Assembly: GCA_017654855.1 (NCBI GenBank)
Contig: CM030338.1
Location: 186,001-250,000, forward strand
Direction: 5' to 3'
DNA length: 64,000 nucleotides
Source: Podospora anserina
Taxonomy: Eukaryota
Program-made: the position numbers and the translations under genes
Shown: positions 12,930-25,800 of the stretch, piece after piece
How positions within the stretch are numbered: the first letter of the stretch is position 1
Layout of the letters: every line of letters begins with the position of its first letter
The notes under the pieces: model-generated
What the model saw: only the letters and a program-made list of their open reading frames with translations
Database searches by the model: none
Told to the model about the DNA's origin: nothing

Positions 12930-14954
12930 TCAGTTCGGCATGTATGGGCCAAGATTCTTGTAGAAGGCGCATCTGTCCCCACGGTAAGCCTCCCAAGTGT
13001 TGGCATTCTGAACTGAAATGGCATTCTTGATGCCCGGACCCTCATACTGGGGATAGGGCCCCACCAACGGAAGCTCAACAGTGGCGAGAGTCCCGCCGGT
13101 TGTGTTGAAGTTGACAAACTGGGGCGCGTTCTGGTTCCAGACAGGCCAGTTGGATGCGGGGTGGTATGCGCTAGGAGACGCAGAGGAGGCTCCGTTCGCA
13201 ATCGTGTTGGCGATGGATGGGTTTCCACCGACGATAAAGTTGCCCCAGGCCTTGCGGAACGCGAGGGTAATGTCGCTGGGGAGGCTGGGGGTGCTGGGTC
13301 CAAAGGCTGCGTTGATATCGGCTCCGTGGTAGGCAAAAGGAACAGAGAACTGATACAGCCAGGAAGACTTGCCCGGGTTGCCCGAGTAAGCATCGGCGAG
13401 CCAGTACGCAGGGCATGCAAAGGTGGCCTCGGCGTAGATATTGTTGCCTCTCTGCTTCTGGCCGACGCCGTCGGGGCTGGTGTTGATGGCGTTGAAGCCG
13501 CCGGTGTTGAGACCATCAGTCTCAAACCTGGGACCGGAAGCAGAGCTCAGCGCCGAGTTGGGATTGATGGCCAGGATGCTGTTCAGCTGGGCCGAAGAGA
13601 GGTTGGGGAACCAGAGAGCCATCCAGGCGAGGAGGTCGGCCTGAGTCTCGATCGCATCGGGCCCAGGCACAAAGAGGGGTCCCTCATGAGCGTTGTAACC
13701 CACGAGGAGCTTGTTGCCGTTGACCCTCTTGGCGGTGAGCTGTGCAGTGGGACGGTTCTTGATGTACACGCCATCAGTCACAGGCCAGAAGCCCCAACTT
13801 CCCTGGGTTGACGACGCAGTGACTGAAAGCGAAGCAAGCTCGAGGTCGGCAGCGCTCTTGCTAAGCAGGCAAGAAAAGACGCTGCCGGAGGAAGGGCAGC
13901 CGGCAGCGGCGGAGAAGGCATAATATCTGCTGGTAGGGATAGCATCGTTGAAGTTGGGCTGGTAAGGCAGGTAGGGAGACTGAGCAAGTCCCTTGTCGAA
14001 CAAAAGAGAGCCGAGGTCACCGTTGACAGCCAATGCGTGGTGCATAACGGAGCCAGCACCGGCGGACTGCCCAGCGATAGTGACCTTGGAAGGATCACCA
14101 CCAAATTTGCAGATGTGGAGCTTGACCCAGGCCAAAGCAAGAGCCTGGTCAAGATGACCGGCATTGACAACACCATTGTCCTTGACCTCCTGGGAGGACA
14201 GGTAACCAAAGGCACCAAGCTTTTTGAGCATGTATGTCAGTAACCACTTTTCCAAAGTACAAAGCACGATGTTGTACGAGGGGATGCACAACTTACACGA
14301 TAGTTGATAGAAACACCAATGAAAGTCTTCCCATTGTCGTTGATAAGCTGGGTCAGATCTTGCGAACTATCACCATACCCATAGCCTCCGCCGTGGATCC
14401 AAACCACGACTGGAAGCTTGGTGGCATTGGCAGGGGCGACGACATTGAGGAAGAGGCAATCTTCGCTACCAGGGGGCCCAGGGAAAGAGCCAAATGCTGT
14501 ACGCGGAGTGTGTTGATAGCATGTGTTGCCAAAGGCGTCGGCATCAGTGACTGGCGCAGATGGGGCCAGAGCAGGGAAACGGGGAGGCTGCCATCTCAGA
14601 CTTCCCGTGGGAGCCTGCGAGTATCGGATGCTAAGGTATTCTTGTCAGCAGAGAGGTCAGGAAAGAGGAATTTGCTATGTCTCGAACTTACCCCTTCCAG
14701 TGATTCAGAGCAGATGCCGAGTCGTAGTAGCCCCTGTACTTGGCATAGCCAGTGTCCACGACCAAGGTCGATTCTTGAGCGCACTGGGGCGCACGGATTT
14801 GATGATCGTTGTAGGCTGCAGTCAGTTCGGCAACAAGATTATCCACAAACTCGGTGGCGGCATCTGTAGTGCGTGCGACGACTTTGGAGCTGGGCAAGGC
14901 AGAAGAAAGCGAGGAGCCTGCGAGGAGCAGGCCCATCCACTGTTTGATGGCCAT
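12930..14954 (-). CDS. Secreted type-B carboxylesterase/lipase (3 exons)
   Basis: Signal peptide; SEDCLFLNV, WIHGGGY, NYR/LGAFG, FGGDP and catalytic GQSAG motifs, all in frame after two GTAAGT introns. Confidence 0.93.
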
Positions 14955-17020
14955 CGTGACTAGGGATGACGATGTTGGCAAGATGGTCCTGGTTGCCAAA
15001 GTGAAAGCAGAAGAGAGGAGGCCATTGTGACTTTAAATATCAGAAATGCCATGGCCCTCTGCCTGCCAGCCGGAACTATGGTGTCCCAAGCAAGTTCACA
15101 ATGACAGCGGATAAACTGGGGTGAAGTCAAAAAAAAGTTAGCGGATACTACGCTGTATACCCAGCTCCATCGCTAAGGCGTAGCGTACCCCATCATATTC
15201 CAGGCAGTCGCTTTTCTCTGCCATCTTATGGGCGCGGAGTTTTGTAGAGGGCTGTTTTGGCAGCGACGGCTCCATTTGTACAGCCTCCCAAGACCATAGC
15301 TGTCAATAAAGTCATGACGGTGTGGTTTCCGTGACAGAAAACACGTGCGGCAAATCGGGCAGCTTTCCCGGTCGCGGGATGGTGCGGGATGCTATTGGTC
15401 GTCCGCGAGTGTTCTGTGTCTCCAGCGGTGACGGCAGTGGATGGGTTCTCTTCCCCCTGCCTTAGTAAGGAATCAAATGTTGCCTGATTGATGGGCGGTT
15501 GAAGAATGTCTTGGTAGGCAACGTGCTATGTGGAAAAGTATTATACAATATGCATGGACTGTTGGCAAGACACGGCACGGAATCAATCGACCGACCACTG
15601 GACCACCCAGGCGGGACCAATGCTGGCACCCTATGGCATGGTTTTTGTTGTTGGGAGCCGGGTTGCATTGCAGAATGCAGACCCTTCTCTTGAGATGGGT
15701 TCCAGACAGAAGAAGGTTGTTTCCCTTCCACCGAAATTGAGCCACATCAGGACTTGAAATTCTCTAGCGCAATTGTGAACGGGTCCTCGGTGTTTTCATT
15801 CGCGATATGTGCAGAGGGGCAAGATGTCAAAGCGAACCCCAGATCCACCGCATCTCCGCATTCTAACGGGAATCGGATAGGCGCAACACGGCAGCGCTCA
15901 CCATGCCAAGGTCCGGGGACCAACCTCAACCTCGCGTGAGCTGCCTGATTCGGCTTGAGAAGCCCGCAGAAGACCAACAAAAGTGATCAAGCTCCAGTCA
16001 AGCACCATTTGACCCGCTCGTACAAGGTGGTGTATCGTGTGTTTAGGTTTGCGAAGGGGGTCCTCAGGTAGGTATTGTCTTTGATCGGTAGGTAGGTAGG
16101 TAGGTGGGTGGGTAAGCACATCGTTGACCGAAGAATTGGAGACTCCTACATCACTGGCGGACCTCAAGTGTATCAAAAGAGCGGTCGACTTCCTACCTAT
16201 CTTCAATCGCCTTCATGAAATTTAAGGTCTTTCAAGACCCAAGGTCCACCTCGAAAGGGCCTTGACTACCAAGCTCATGGTTCCAACCACAAACGTGTTG
16301 GACAAAATCGTGACATGATTAGAACACCACACCCATGCCTATAGCCCGAGCTTGCCCATAATCTCACGTGTCATTCCTTGAAGGTGGGCTTGCGCAATAA
16401 AGCCTGCAAAACCTTCGAAGGGCTCAAGCGGTGGTAACCATTTGATCGACGAACAGACCACATCTTGATTTCAGCGCCTGCATACGCCAAGTCAGCCATC
16501 TCGTGGTACTGGAACGAAGGTCCCCTCTTCACCTAGCCGCACCGTTAATCCCCCCTCAACTTGGAGCTTGGGCCTCTCTTCCACACACACCCGTTACAGG
16601 TTTCCTCTAGGTGGCGATGATCTCGCTGAGGGAAAAGTGGTGATACCCAGTTTGACGTGCGGTTCGTGTTCGTAGGGTCGAACTATGACACATTATTGTT
16701 TCTGCGGCACGCTCCATGGCGTCTCTTTGACCTTCATTTTGGGGAGAGCTGCTGCAGCTCACCACACCCAGTACAGGAGCAGATCATCAAAGAGCTTTTC
16801 CTGGTGACGGAGACGAAAGCGAGATGGTGGTCTAGACCGAACGCCATCCCCTCAAGTTTCCCAGACATCAAATACCCCACAACTGGCTAATATCCGGTTC
16901 CCTCTCGCCATCTGATGGACCCTTTGAGCTCTTAGACTCTCGTTGTATTTTGGAGGCCACCCAAGCCCATCACTGACATTCCCGCCGTGAGACACTATCA
17001 GATGTTGACCATCTTCCACC

Positions 17021-18332
17021 ATGACAGACGCAACATCAGCCAGTCCGCCACCACCACCGCTCTCGTCCAACGCCCACGAAGACAAATCCTCCACGGTGAT
17101 TGGGGCTATCATCTTCTGCCTGGTATGGTCAACTGTAATGGTAGGCATGCGCCTGTGGACGCGGGGCAAGATGATCAAGCAGCTTGGGATCGATGACTAC
17201 GCCTGCATCCTAGGCTTGGTGAGTACAATGCCCCTTTGCCAAAATCAACCAGTCTTCAAGAATCTAACATGACCACCTCGCCCAGCTCACGACATGTGGC
17301 TCAGCCATCGCCATCGGCCACATGACAACCTTTGGCCTGGGAAGGCACATCTCGGTCATGAAACAAAACGATATTCCCCTGTACCTTCGAGACTTTTACG
17401 TTTCCATCGTCATGTACTGCTGCGCCCTCCTCTTCCTCAAGCTCACGTTTCTCTTCCAATACTACCGCGTTCTGGCCGTCCAGCATATGCGCATCGTTTA
17501 TCTCGTCGCCATTTTCATCGTCGGGGGCTGGGCCCTCTCCCAAGTCCTGGTGGGCATCTTCATCTGCACTCCCATCCGCGCGTTTTGGCTCGGGGTGCCC
17601 CGATATCGAAGGTGCCACGTGTATTCCAAACATACCTCAATGATACATCAATGCCGCGGGCAATATCGTGACGGATGTGGCTGTCTTTGCGCTGCCTTTG
17701 CCGGCTTTGTGGAAGTTGAAGCTGGCCAAAGGTAAGAAGTATGTGCTGATTGGCATTTTCAGCTTGGGCTTCTTGTGAGTCTCTCTTCCGCACCCCCTTT
17801 TTTAACCCTTTTCTTTGTGAACCCTGCTCACAAGTCGACCCTCTGAGGCAGCACCGTCATCATCTCCATGATCCAGATCAAGTATCTTCAACTGTACGAA
17901 GACTTCCCCTGGGAAACCGTCACGTCCTCCCTCTGGTCCGTTGGCGAGCTGACCTCGGCTATCACTTGCGCCTGCCTGCCTACCCTCCGCCCCTTCTTGG
18001 CGACCTACTTCCCCAGATTGGCATCGGCCATTGGTGGTAGCAGGGCTCATCCCACGGGCGCTATGAGTGCCGGCGCTGCTGTTGATGGAACCGGCCGCAT
18101 CCGAACAGTGGATCCCGAAACGGGCGTTTACTACGTCGGCAGAGGACAGCACTCGCGCGCCCGCAGTGGCGCGAAAAAAGGTGCGGCGGTAACGGTCGAG
18201 TACTCTGACGGGACCGGTAGTGAGGTTGAGCTGTCGCCACAGCAGACGAAGGTCAACCCATTCGAGGCACATGTGATCCACAAGTCGGAAAGTCTAGATG
18301 GGGTCAGTATTTTCAATAGGGACATTCGATGA
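17021..18332 (+). pseudogene. PTH11-like rhodopsin-domain integral membrane protein, disrupted
   Basis: LGIDDY, GLGRHI, LKLTFLFQYYR, CTPIRAFW, NIVTDVAVFALPLPALWKL and CACLPTLRP motifs; introns 17219-17285 and 17775-17851; +1 frameshift in the C-run at 17598-17601 and in-frame TGA at 17641-17643. Confidence 0.82.
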
Positions 18333-18657
18333 TCTGATGGGGATCAATGTGGACTTAAGTGTACATACCTGCATCGCTGTACCATATATGAAAGTGCACA
18401 TCGCACACGGACGAGTCATTTGTATTATACCCCTTCCTCACGAATACAATATTCTTCGAAGCTCAAACTGTTCTGCCCCACGCCGAACCCAGGTTGTGAA
18501 ACATGCTGCGACTGGTCAAGATCAATTCAAGTGGGACGCGCAATAAACCCAGGAATAACGCCCTACACGATACACACACATTCATCTTTCATTAAAACCC
18601 CCAGCAGACATTATCAAACAGATCGTAGCTTCGTCCCAAGTGCGCATACAAAAACTG

Positions 18658-21461
18658 CTAGAAGTAAAACTGCTGCTGTGGTTGGCCCGGTGGTGGGTGC
18701 GCAAGAAAGTCAAAATTCATCGAGTCTACCGGAGTGCCGAACGGATCAGGAGTGTCTGTAGTCAACCTTGAATTAGAACTGGGTTCCACTGTTACGTGCA
18801 ACATCGTACATGACATACCCCAGAAAATGTGGTCGTACAGGTCCATGGGTGACATGTAGGTGGCAGGGTCAAAATTGGAAACATCGCTCAATTGTTGCTG
18901 ATTTTGCTGTGGTGGGGGGAACACAAAGGGCATGTTGCTGATCGTTCTGTCAGTAGCTGTCGATGGGAACATATGCATCCTGGTATAGAGAGATACATGC
19001 CTGTGTTGCATGTCACCCAATTGTCCTCCGTTCTGCTGCATCTCTGCCATGGCCAAGGCTGCATTTTGATGTGGATCCAAACTAGTGGGCATCCGGGAAA
19101 TGGAGTCCTGTGGCAGCGGAAGACCATGAATAGGATATCCTGATTGAGTCCCTGGCTGCAGTGGTGTTCGGGTGCCAGAGCCCGCGCCAGAGTTCACACC
19201 GCTCTCCTTCATGGGGCCGGGGCCGATTACGGATCCATGATCGTAGATATTCTTGAGTGCCATCAGAGCACGGGACAGGGGACCCGAAAGTTCAATATCG
19301 TGGTCAGACCGATGGATGTGCGGTTGGGGGGACGTTTGCTCCTTGGCTGCTGTTGCCGAAAGCGCCGATATCAGGTCCCCTTGCAGTTGGCGGACTTCAG
19401 GATCCCCTTTGGAGTCACCCAGAATTCCCAGAAGCACAGCCGAGGAAAGCCCATGGTAGGTGAAGGCCCATGAACGAGTGGGAATGACTGAAAGCTGGTG
19501 CATGGCGAGAAACATGCGCACTGTCTCGGTCAGATTCAGCTTGCATCTGTCGGCGAGGAACTTCTTTTGTGGCGCGTCGAGACGGGTACTCTCGGAACGC
19601 ATCAAAGCTGGCCGACAACAAACTGACAGAATGAACGAAGTGTGTAACCGAATGGCAAAATGTTGTAGGCGGTCCAATGCTGACTTGCAAGCATCCTTGT
19701 TCCGCAGCTGATTCAGGCATTTATCCCGGATATGTTCGACAGCCTTGCAGTTATCCAAGATCTGACTGTACGTAGCGTTGGAGGCAGCGTCGGGGTTGAG
19801 CCGCTGAGATATGATCTTGCAGAGATGGTACATGGCCTCGAGGTATGCCCAGCCCTCTGTCTCGGCAGTTTGGGACATGGGAATAGGGCAACATGGTATG
19901 TTGGTGATGGGGGAGCTAAAAGAGTTCTAGTAAGGGACGCAAGGAAGAAGGAGGGTGCAAATCGGAGAATGGGACTTACCGATCAAAGGAAAGTGATGTT
20001 AGGGTATCATGCCATAGGCAAGTCCACCTGGAAGGCGTCAGGACAAATTATACATGTTGCGTGGGTGAGTAGTCGGGCGTGGTACATACCAAAGTTTTCG
20101 GCGTGACACCTCTCTCTTCTCTGCTTCTGGGCTCGGCCGACCATCTAGTTGTTGTGGCCGATGAAGGCCAAGAGACTGTGCTAGGCGGCAAGTGAGGCCC
20201 ATCAATGCCCACGATGCCTCGGCCTTCATGTCGTTAAGCAACACAAAGCTCGTCATGAGCAAGGCCTGGATGGAGTCCAGATTTGGTCTGGAACAATGTC
20301 AGCAAACCGCTGGTATCCTGAACAGCCAGGCGCATTATTACCTCAAAAGGAAGTTTCCAAGACGAAGAAAGTGAAAAGATATCTGGATGTATTTTTGGGA
20401 GTCCCGGGTTCGCACATGATAAGGTGAATCGTGATACTGTGAGCCAACAGCAAGAACGGCAAACAAGATGGCTAGCCATGACGCAGAGACGGGTTTCGTG
20501 GCTTTGGTGGACGCCCTGGCATTTTTGGCTCTGTCCTCCAGGTACACCATGAGACGAGATTCAAGGTCGTCAATGTCAATGACAAACCCCCAGAATGGCT
20601 GGGGAATCTCCTTGTAGGTTCGGAATAGCCTGCAGACACGTGAGCGGGGTGTGCGTGGGAGGACGCAACTGGAACAGGAGACAGTGACATACTTCATGAC
20701 TTCCCGGTCAGAGGGAAGTTCGGCCGAAATGTCAGAGGTCAGCCGGTCGAGATGACGGGAAGACATGAGCGGGAAGGGTGCCGAGTTGTCGAGGCCGAGG
20801 AGGGACCGCATGTCTTGGCGTATCTCGTTGACGTCCTGGGGTTCGTTTGCTGCTGTCCGTTCTCTGAGCAAAGCTGGTATGCTGTTCTGGCCAACATAAC
20901 GCGTGGTCTCGGCCGTGTCTGGTTCGTAAGTGCTGATGGTTTCACGAGGGTCGTTGCTCTGGCTTCGGGTGTCTGCATCATCTGGAGACCGTGGGCGTTT
21001 CTTTCCCGGAGTGAGGGACTCGGTGCCAAACGAGCCACTCTTGCTTGTGGCTGACCGGTTGGGCTTGTAAGAGCAGAGCGACGGATGTTCTCTCTTGACG
21101 CAGTTCTCACAGGGGCTCTTGTTGTCACACTTGACTTTCCTCTGTCTGCATGGCCAGCATGCAGTGCCTAGGAATCCCGTCAGCGCACTGGCAGGAGGTG
21201 GAATATTGCAATGTCTTGGGCAAGGCAGAGTGGGAGGATTGGATGGGATGAGATGAGATGAGATGGGCAGGGGCGCTTGACACAAGTAAACAAACAGGAT
21301 GGAAAGGGGGACGATGGCGTTGGAGACGAGTTGTCAGAGCCAAACGGCACAGCAGAGCACGTACCGTATCTCACTTTGCGGTGGGAGTGAATGATACGGT
21401 TGGCCTCCTCGGGTGTGAGATCCTCGAGGTTGGGCCCCGGGCTGTCCTGTGTCTCCGACAT
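18658..21461 (-). CDS. Zn(II)2Cys6 fungal transcription factor with middle homology region (about 8 exons)
   Basis: ACWPCRQRKVKCDNKSPCENCVKREHPSLC cluster; AQSLGLHR and RRKLWW in fungal TF domain; exons join in frame. Confidence 0.93.
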
Positions 21462-22811
21462 TGGGGATTACAGCAAACGGGGGGGCGGCCGTTCAGGCGT
21501 TCGTTCCAGGTTGGAGGTACGATTGCTATCTCGAGGTGGCCGAATGAAGACCGAATGACGAAGGTGGGCCTCCAAACTTCAGCGGTGCTCCAGCGAGTGG
21601 CCCGCGCAAGCAACAGGGCTGGGTTCGCAGCTGGTTCAGGGTGGAGCAGCGGCGGCGGGCGACCAGGGCTTGGAGCAATCAATGAAGTGGTTTTCCCAGG
21701 GCCGTCACGCTGTTCCTTGGATGATGGCGGCCGTTGATGGCGGCCGTTGATGGTGTTGAATTCCGATGCAAAGCCGAGATGTCGTTGTCTGCTGTCGAAA
21801 AAGAAGCCGAGCAGCGACCAGCATTCAATTTTGAGGTGGGGTTCTCGGGATTAGCGGGTGGACGGATCACCATTGCAGCTCTTCCCCACCGGCCTGGTTG
21901 CTGACTGAGCGCCCCTCCTCCAGTCTCGACCCCGCAATGGCATCTCTACCTTGCCTTATACATAAAGGATCCCATCAGCCCATTCGTGTATCCAGAGGGA
22001 CACTCACCTATCGAATGGACCATCCATCCGAGGGTCCCGTCCACGGTTCCTTTCGTCGACAACCTACCTGTCACCTGAAATCTGTCCCTGCATCTTCGCC
22101 CATCGTGGGAGTGGGACCCACACCTACCCGCGTGGCCTGTGCTTTCACACATGTGCCAAGGTTTCGACGACAGGAGAGCTTTCTTCTGAAGGTAGGGAGG
22201 TACTGGAAGAGATCAGATGCTCAAAGTAAGGATTCAAGTACTTGATAATGATCTTCTGAAGAGTGAAAAGAGCAACATTTGACCGGTTGTAAAGTTGCTA
22301 CTTCGTACTGCAAAAAAACGAAATAGCCATCACAAGCAAATGCTCCCAAAGCCTTGGGGAGGAGGACAAGGCTCTCTCAAGTCGCTCACCGGGACTCCAA
22401 ACAGGCGCGATTGCCGCCAAAATAAATTCAATCTCACTTCGACGTGCTCTTCCCTATGGTATCTCCTCCTCTCGTCTTTTCACACCACCTTCCATAGCAG
22501 ACGCCGCACCATCCCATCTGCCTTCTTGTATCACACCCGACATCCTTTGCGCCTGCCAGGTCTTCTTTCACCCCAGAGTGTGGAGCCTCTCCCCTGCGGC
22601 GACCAGTCAGATTCACCATTTGCAAGCTGAAGCTGGAGCATCCAAATTAGCTCCCGCCTGCCACTTTCCCCAGATCTTCAACACTAGATGCCCTCACTGT
22701 CTAACACAGCAACACGACATCGACGGCCACAGCACTCTCCCTCCGACCTCACCTCTGCCACGCTTTGCCCTTTTATAGCCCCAATGAGGCACCGGCCCAC
22801 ATTGCACAACA

Positions 22812-25800
22812 ATGCCAATGCCAGTCCCAATGCCAAACAACAGGCCATTGATTCCTGCTACGCCTAGCAAGAATGACAAGGTCAATGAAACAGTTATGGG
22901 CCTCAATTTTATGTATGGCCTCAGCATACAGGTCCCCGATGTCTCTCCCACCAGAGCCGCCGGCCACGAAACGGAAGAAGCTGCACGCCATCGTCGTATC
23001 ATCTCGGCCATCCGCTTTCTCTGCTACAAAGACAACGAAGCTTTGGAGCATATACTCCATGATTTTTTTTATCAGGCAAAGTCCGCCAGCCAGCAATGGG
23101 TCCACAAGCCACGGGCAGATCCAGCAACCCTGCCCTCGTCTCAAGATTTACCCCCAAAAGCCGTCCACCCCTGGGAACGAGCCCAACTCGAGCAAATTCT
23201 GTGCAATCTTCTTGCGGAACGTCAAAGCACTTTGCTGAGGGCACAGACCTTGACTCCCGCGGCATCCAGGTCCTTCGCTCGATCCCGTAGCGATGCTGCT
23301 GCTACCGCAGGAATATACCAGGCCGTTCACGATGTGAGACCAAGGTCACCCTCTTCTGCTGGCTCTGCGAAGCGCCGTTCGGATGACGAAGATTACCCAG
23401 TTCGAAGCAGCAAGAAGCCACGGGATCAAGCTTTTGCTCCTCCATCACTGGGTCGTTCATCATCCACTCCTGTCTCGGCTGTCCCCTTCTCCAAACTCTT
23501 GGATACCGTACCGACTCGTCAGCGTTTGAATGGGGCAGTAGTGCTCGAGACAAGCCGAAGGAACAACCACGCCAAATCGACAAACTGGTCACAGCAACCG
23601 TCTTTTGAGATTGACCAAAGTTCGAGTTACTGGAAGACGGATCAACACAGCCTCTCAAGCCATACAACGGCGGTGAACGAATCCCAACCGCTCAGGACCA
23701 GCCACTACACAGCCATTAAGAAGGAGGATGTCGGTGTAGCGGAGGTGGTAACGATGACAGTCCCATTCCGGCTTTCACAAAACAGTGTTTCTCGGCTATC
23801 TCAACCTTCAGTCACCTCAAAATTCAACTGCACTCAGCAACGGGCCGGTGTTCAGGACGAGCTTTGCGAAGGGCAGAATCCAGCCGCATATCACTTTCTT
23901 CAACAGGACACAACCAAGCGGCTCTTGTTTCCCCCAAGCAATGGAGCCCCAATATCAACTAAGCCCCAAGTTGAGCCAGCAGAGGTCATAGATTTGACCA
24001 ACGATTTCGATACCGACTTTTCAGAAGACGTTAGGGATGCGGTGGAGGCCGAGTACGAAATCGAGCATCTTGGAACACGGCTGCAGCCGACGCCCACCCA
24101 CACGCCTCACAAGCCACCGGTCTTGCCACCGCCTTACCGTCAGCCTACACAACACCATGCACAACATCACCGCCACCAGCCACAACAACAGCAGCAACAA
24201 CGGGTCCAACAGATCGAGCAACTCCCGCCACGTAAGCAAGCCACACAGCCCCCCAGGGCACCAAAAGCAGCACTGGCAAGTTTGGCCACGATTCGGACGC
24301 GACTGGAGCACACCTGGCGTATGTTTCTTTCCCCATAGAACGAGCATAGAAACTGACATCTTGACAGCAAGATATCCGACCTGGTTAGCGGATGCCCCTC
24401 TGGCAGTGGCATGGGAAGTGACGAGGATCCTTCACCATTGCAACGTGGACCCAGAACACGAATCCCTCGTTTATCTACCCGAGTGGGCAACATCGGATAT
24501 CACCGACATTCGAAGCAGCTTGTACCGACTCGACATCTTTCGAGGCAAGACCTTTCCAGAACGCCCGCCTTCGGATGTTTTCGCTGCCGCCCTGAACAAT
24601 TTCGAGCTCAACGGAAGTATCGTTCTTATGTCCATCAGTCTGGACTTCAATCCAGACAAGGATAAGCAAGCGCCCCTATTTTTGGTTGATATGAAACCCC
24701 TGCGACTTGACCAAGGGTGTAGGCTAACGCGTCGGTTTGGCGCTGACCGGTTCCTCGAGGTCCTTCTGTCGTCACCTACTGCTAGCTCGGCTCCTGATCT
24801 GATCAAGAATGCCGAGCCACACGGTGCTGAAGAGGTCATTAAATGGCTTACTAGCAGTGCTCATAGCCTGGTTGGACGGCATTGGAGAGCTTTCTTCGCC
24901 AAGGATGCCGGGTTCCGCAGGCCCATCAAAGAATACAGCCTGGCGCCTGAAGAGAAGACCAAAATTGTTTCCAAAGAGCGCCTGCACTTTTTTGCCGAGA
25001 CAGGAACCAACTTCCAACGGGCCAAGGCATTGACGGTGCCCCCCCTCAATGAGCCCATGGGTCGCCACACTGATTGTACAGTGAGCCAGATGCTGAACTG
25101 GCTACTCAACCTGGACGAGCCCAAGAATCAGTCACAGCCGCATCTCAAGCTTTTCTCTCGCATCCAGCTGGGATTAAGCAAAACCTTCCCAACCGTCATT
25201 TTCAGCGCTTCCCAGATTTTTGTTCAGCCGCAAGACATGCTGTCACCGATTGGCAAGGTCATGAACGACGGCGTCGGACGCATGTCACGAACGGTGGCTC
25301 GAAAAATCAGAGACATCATGGGTCTCACAGAGATCCCCTCGGCAGTTCAGGGCCGCATCGGCTCCGCCAAAGGAATGTGGATTATGGATGTACTTGATAC
25401 AGGCGACGAAGAATGGATCGAGACATGGCTGTCGCAACGGAAGTGGGAATGTGACCCTCAGACGGTCGACATCCACCAACGAACTCTCGAAATACGGGCG
25501 TACGCAACTGAACTCAAGTCGGCTGGTTTGAATCTGCAGTTCCTCCCCGTCTTGGAGGATAGAGCCAAAGACAAGGCTCAGATGAAGCGTGCCATAGGCG
25601 CACGTCTCACCAATGATCTCAAAAAGGAGTTTGACGACCAAAAGGCTGCTTTCAAGCATCCTCTCCTGCTACGTCAGTGGTTGCATGAGAACTGGAGTGG
25701 ACGGGCAGACAGAGTAAAGAACGGTGGGTTTCTCGCCTCTACAGTGCTTGTCGCTGGTAGCTAACATGGAAATAGGAGAGGTGGCCTTTCTGGGAGGGCT

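Noticed and set aside
14461..14490. Suspected frameshift in the carboxylesterase before SEDCLFLNV
   Set aside because: Recounting the G-run gives GGG CCC CCT GGT AGC GAA GAT, which is in frame
16087..16113. (GGTA)n/(GGTG)n microsatellite; also the poly-C tract near 10422-10446
   Set aside because: Common simple repeats with no evidence of function
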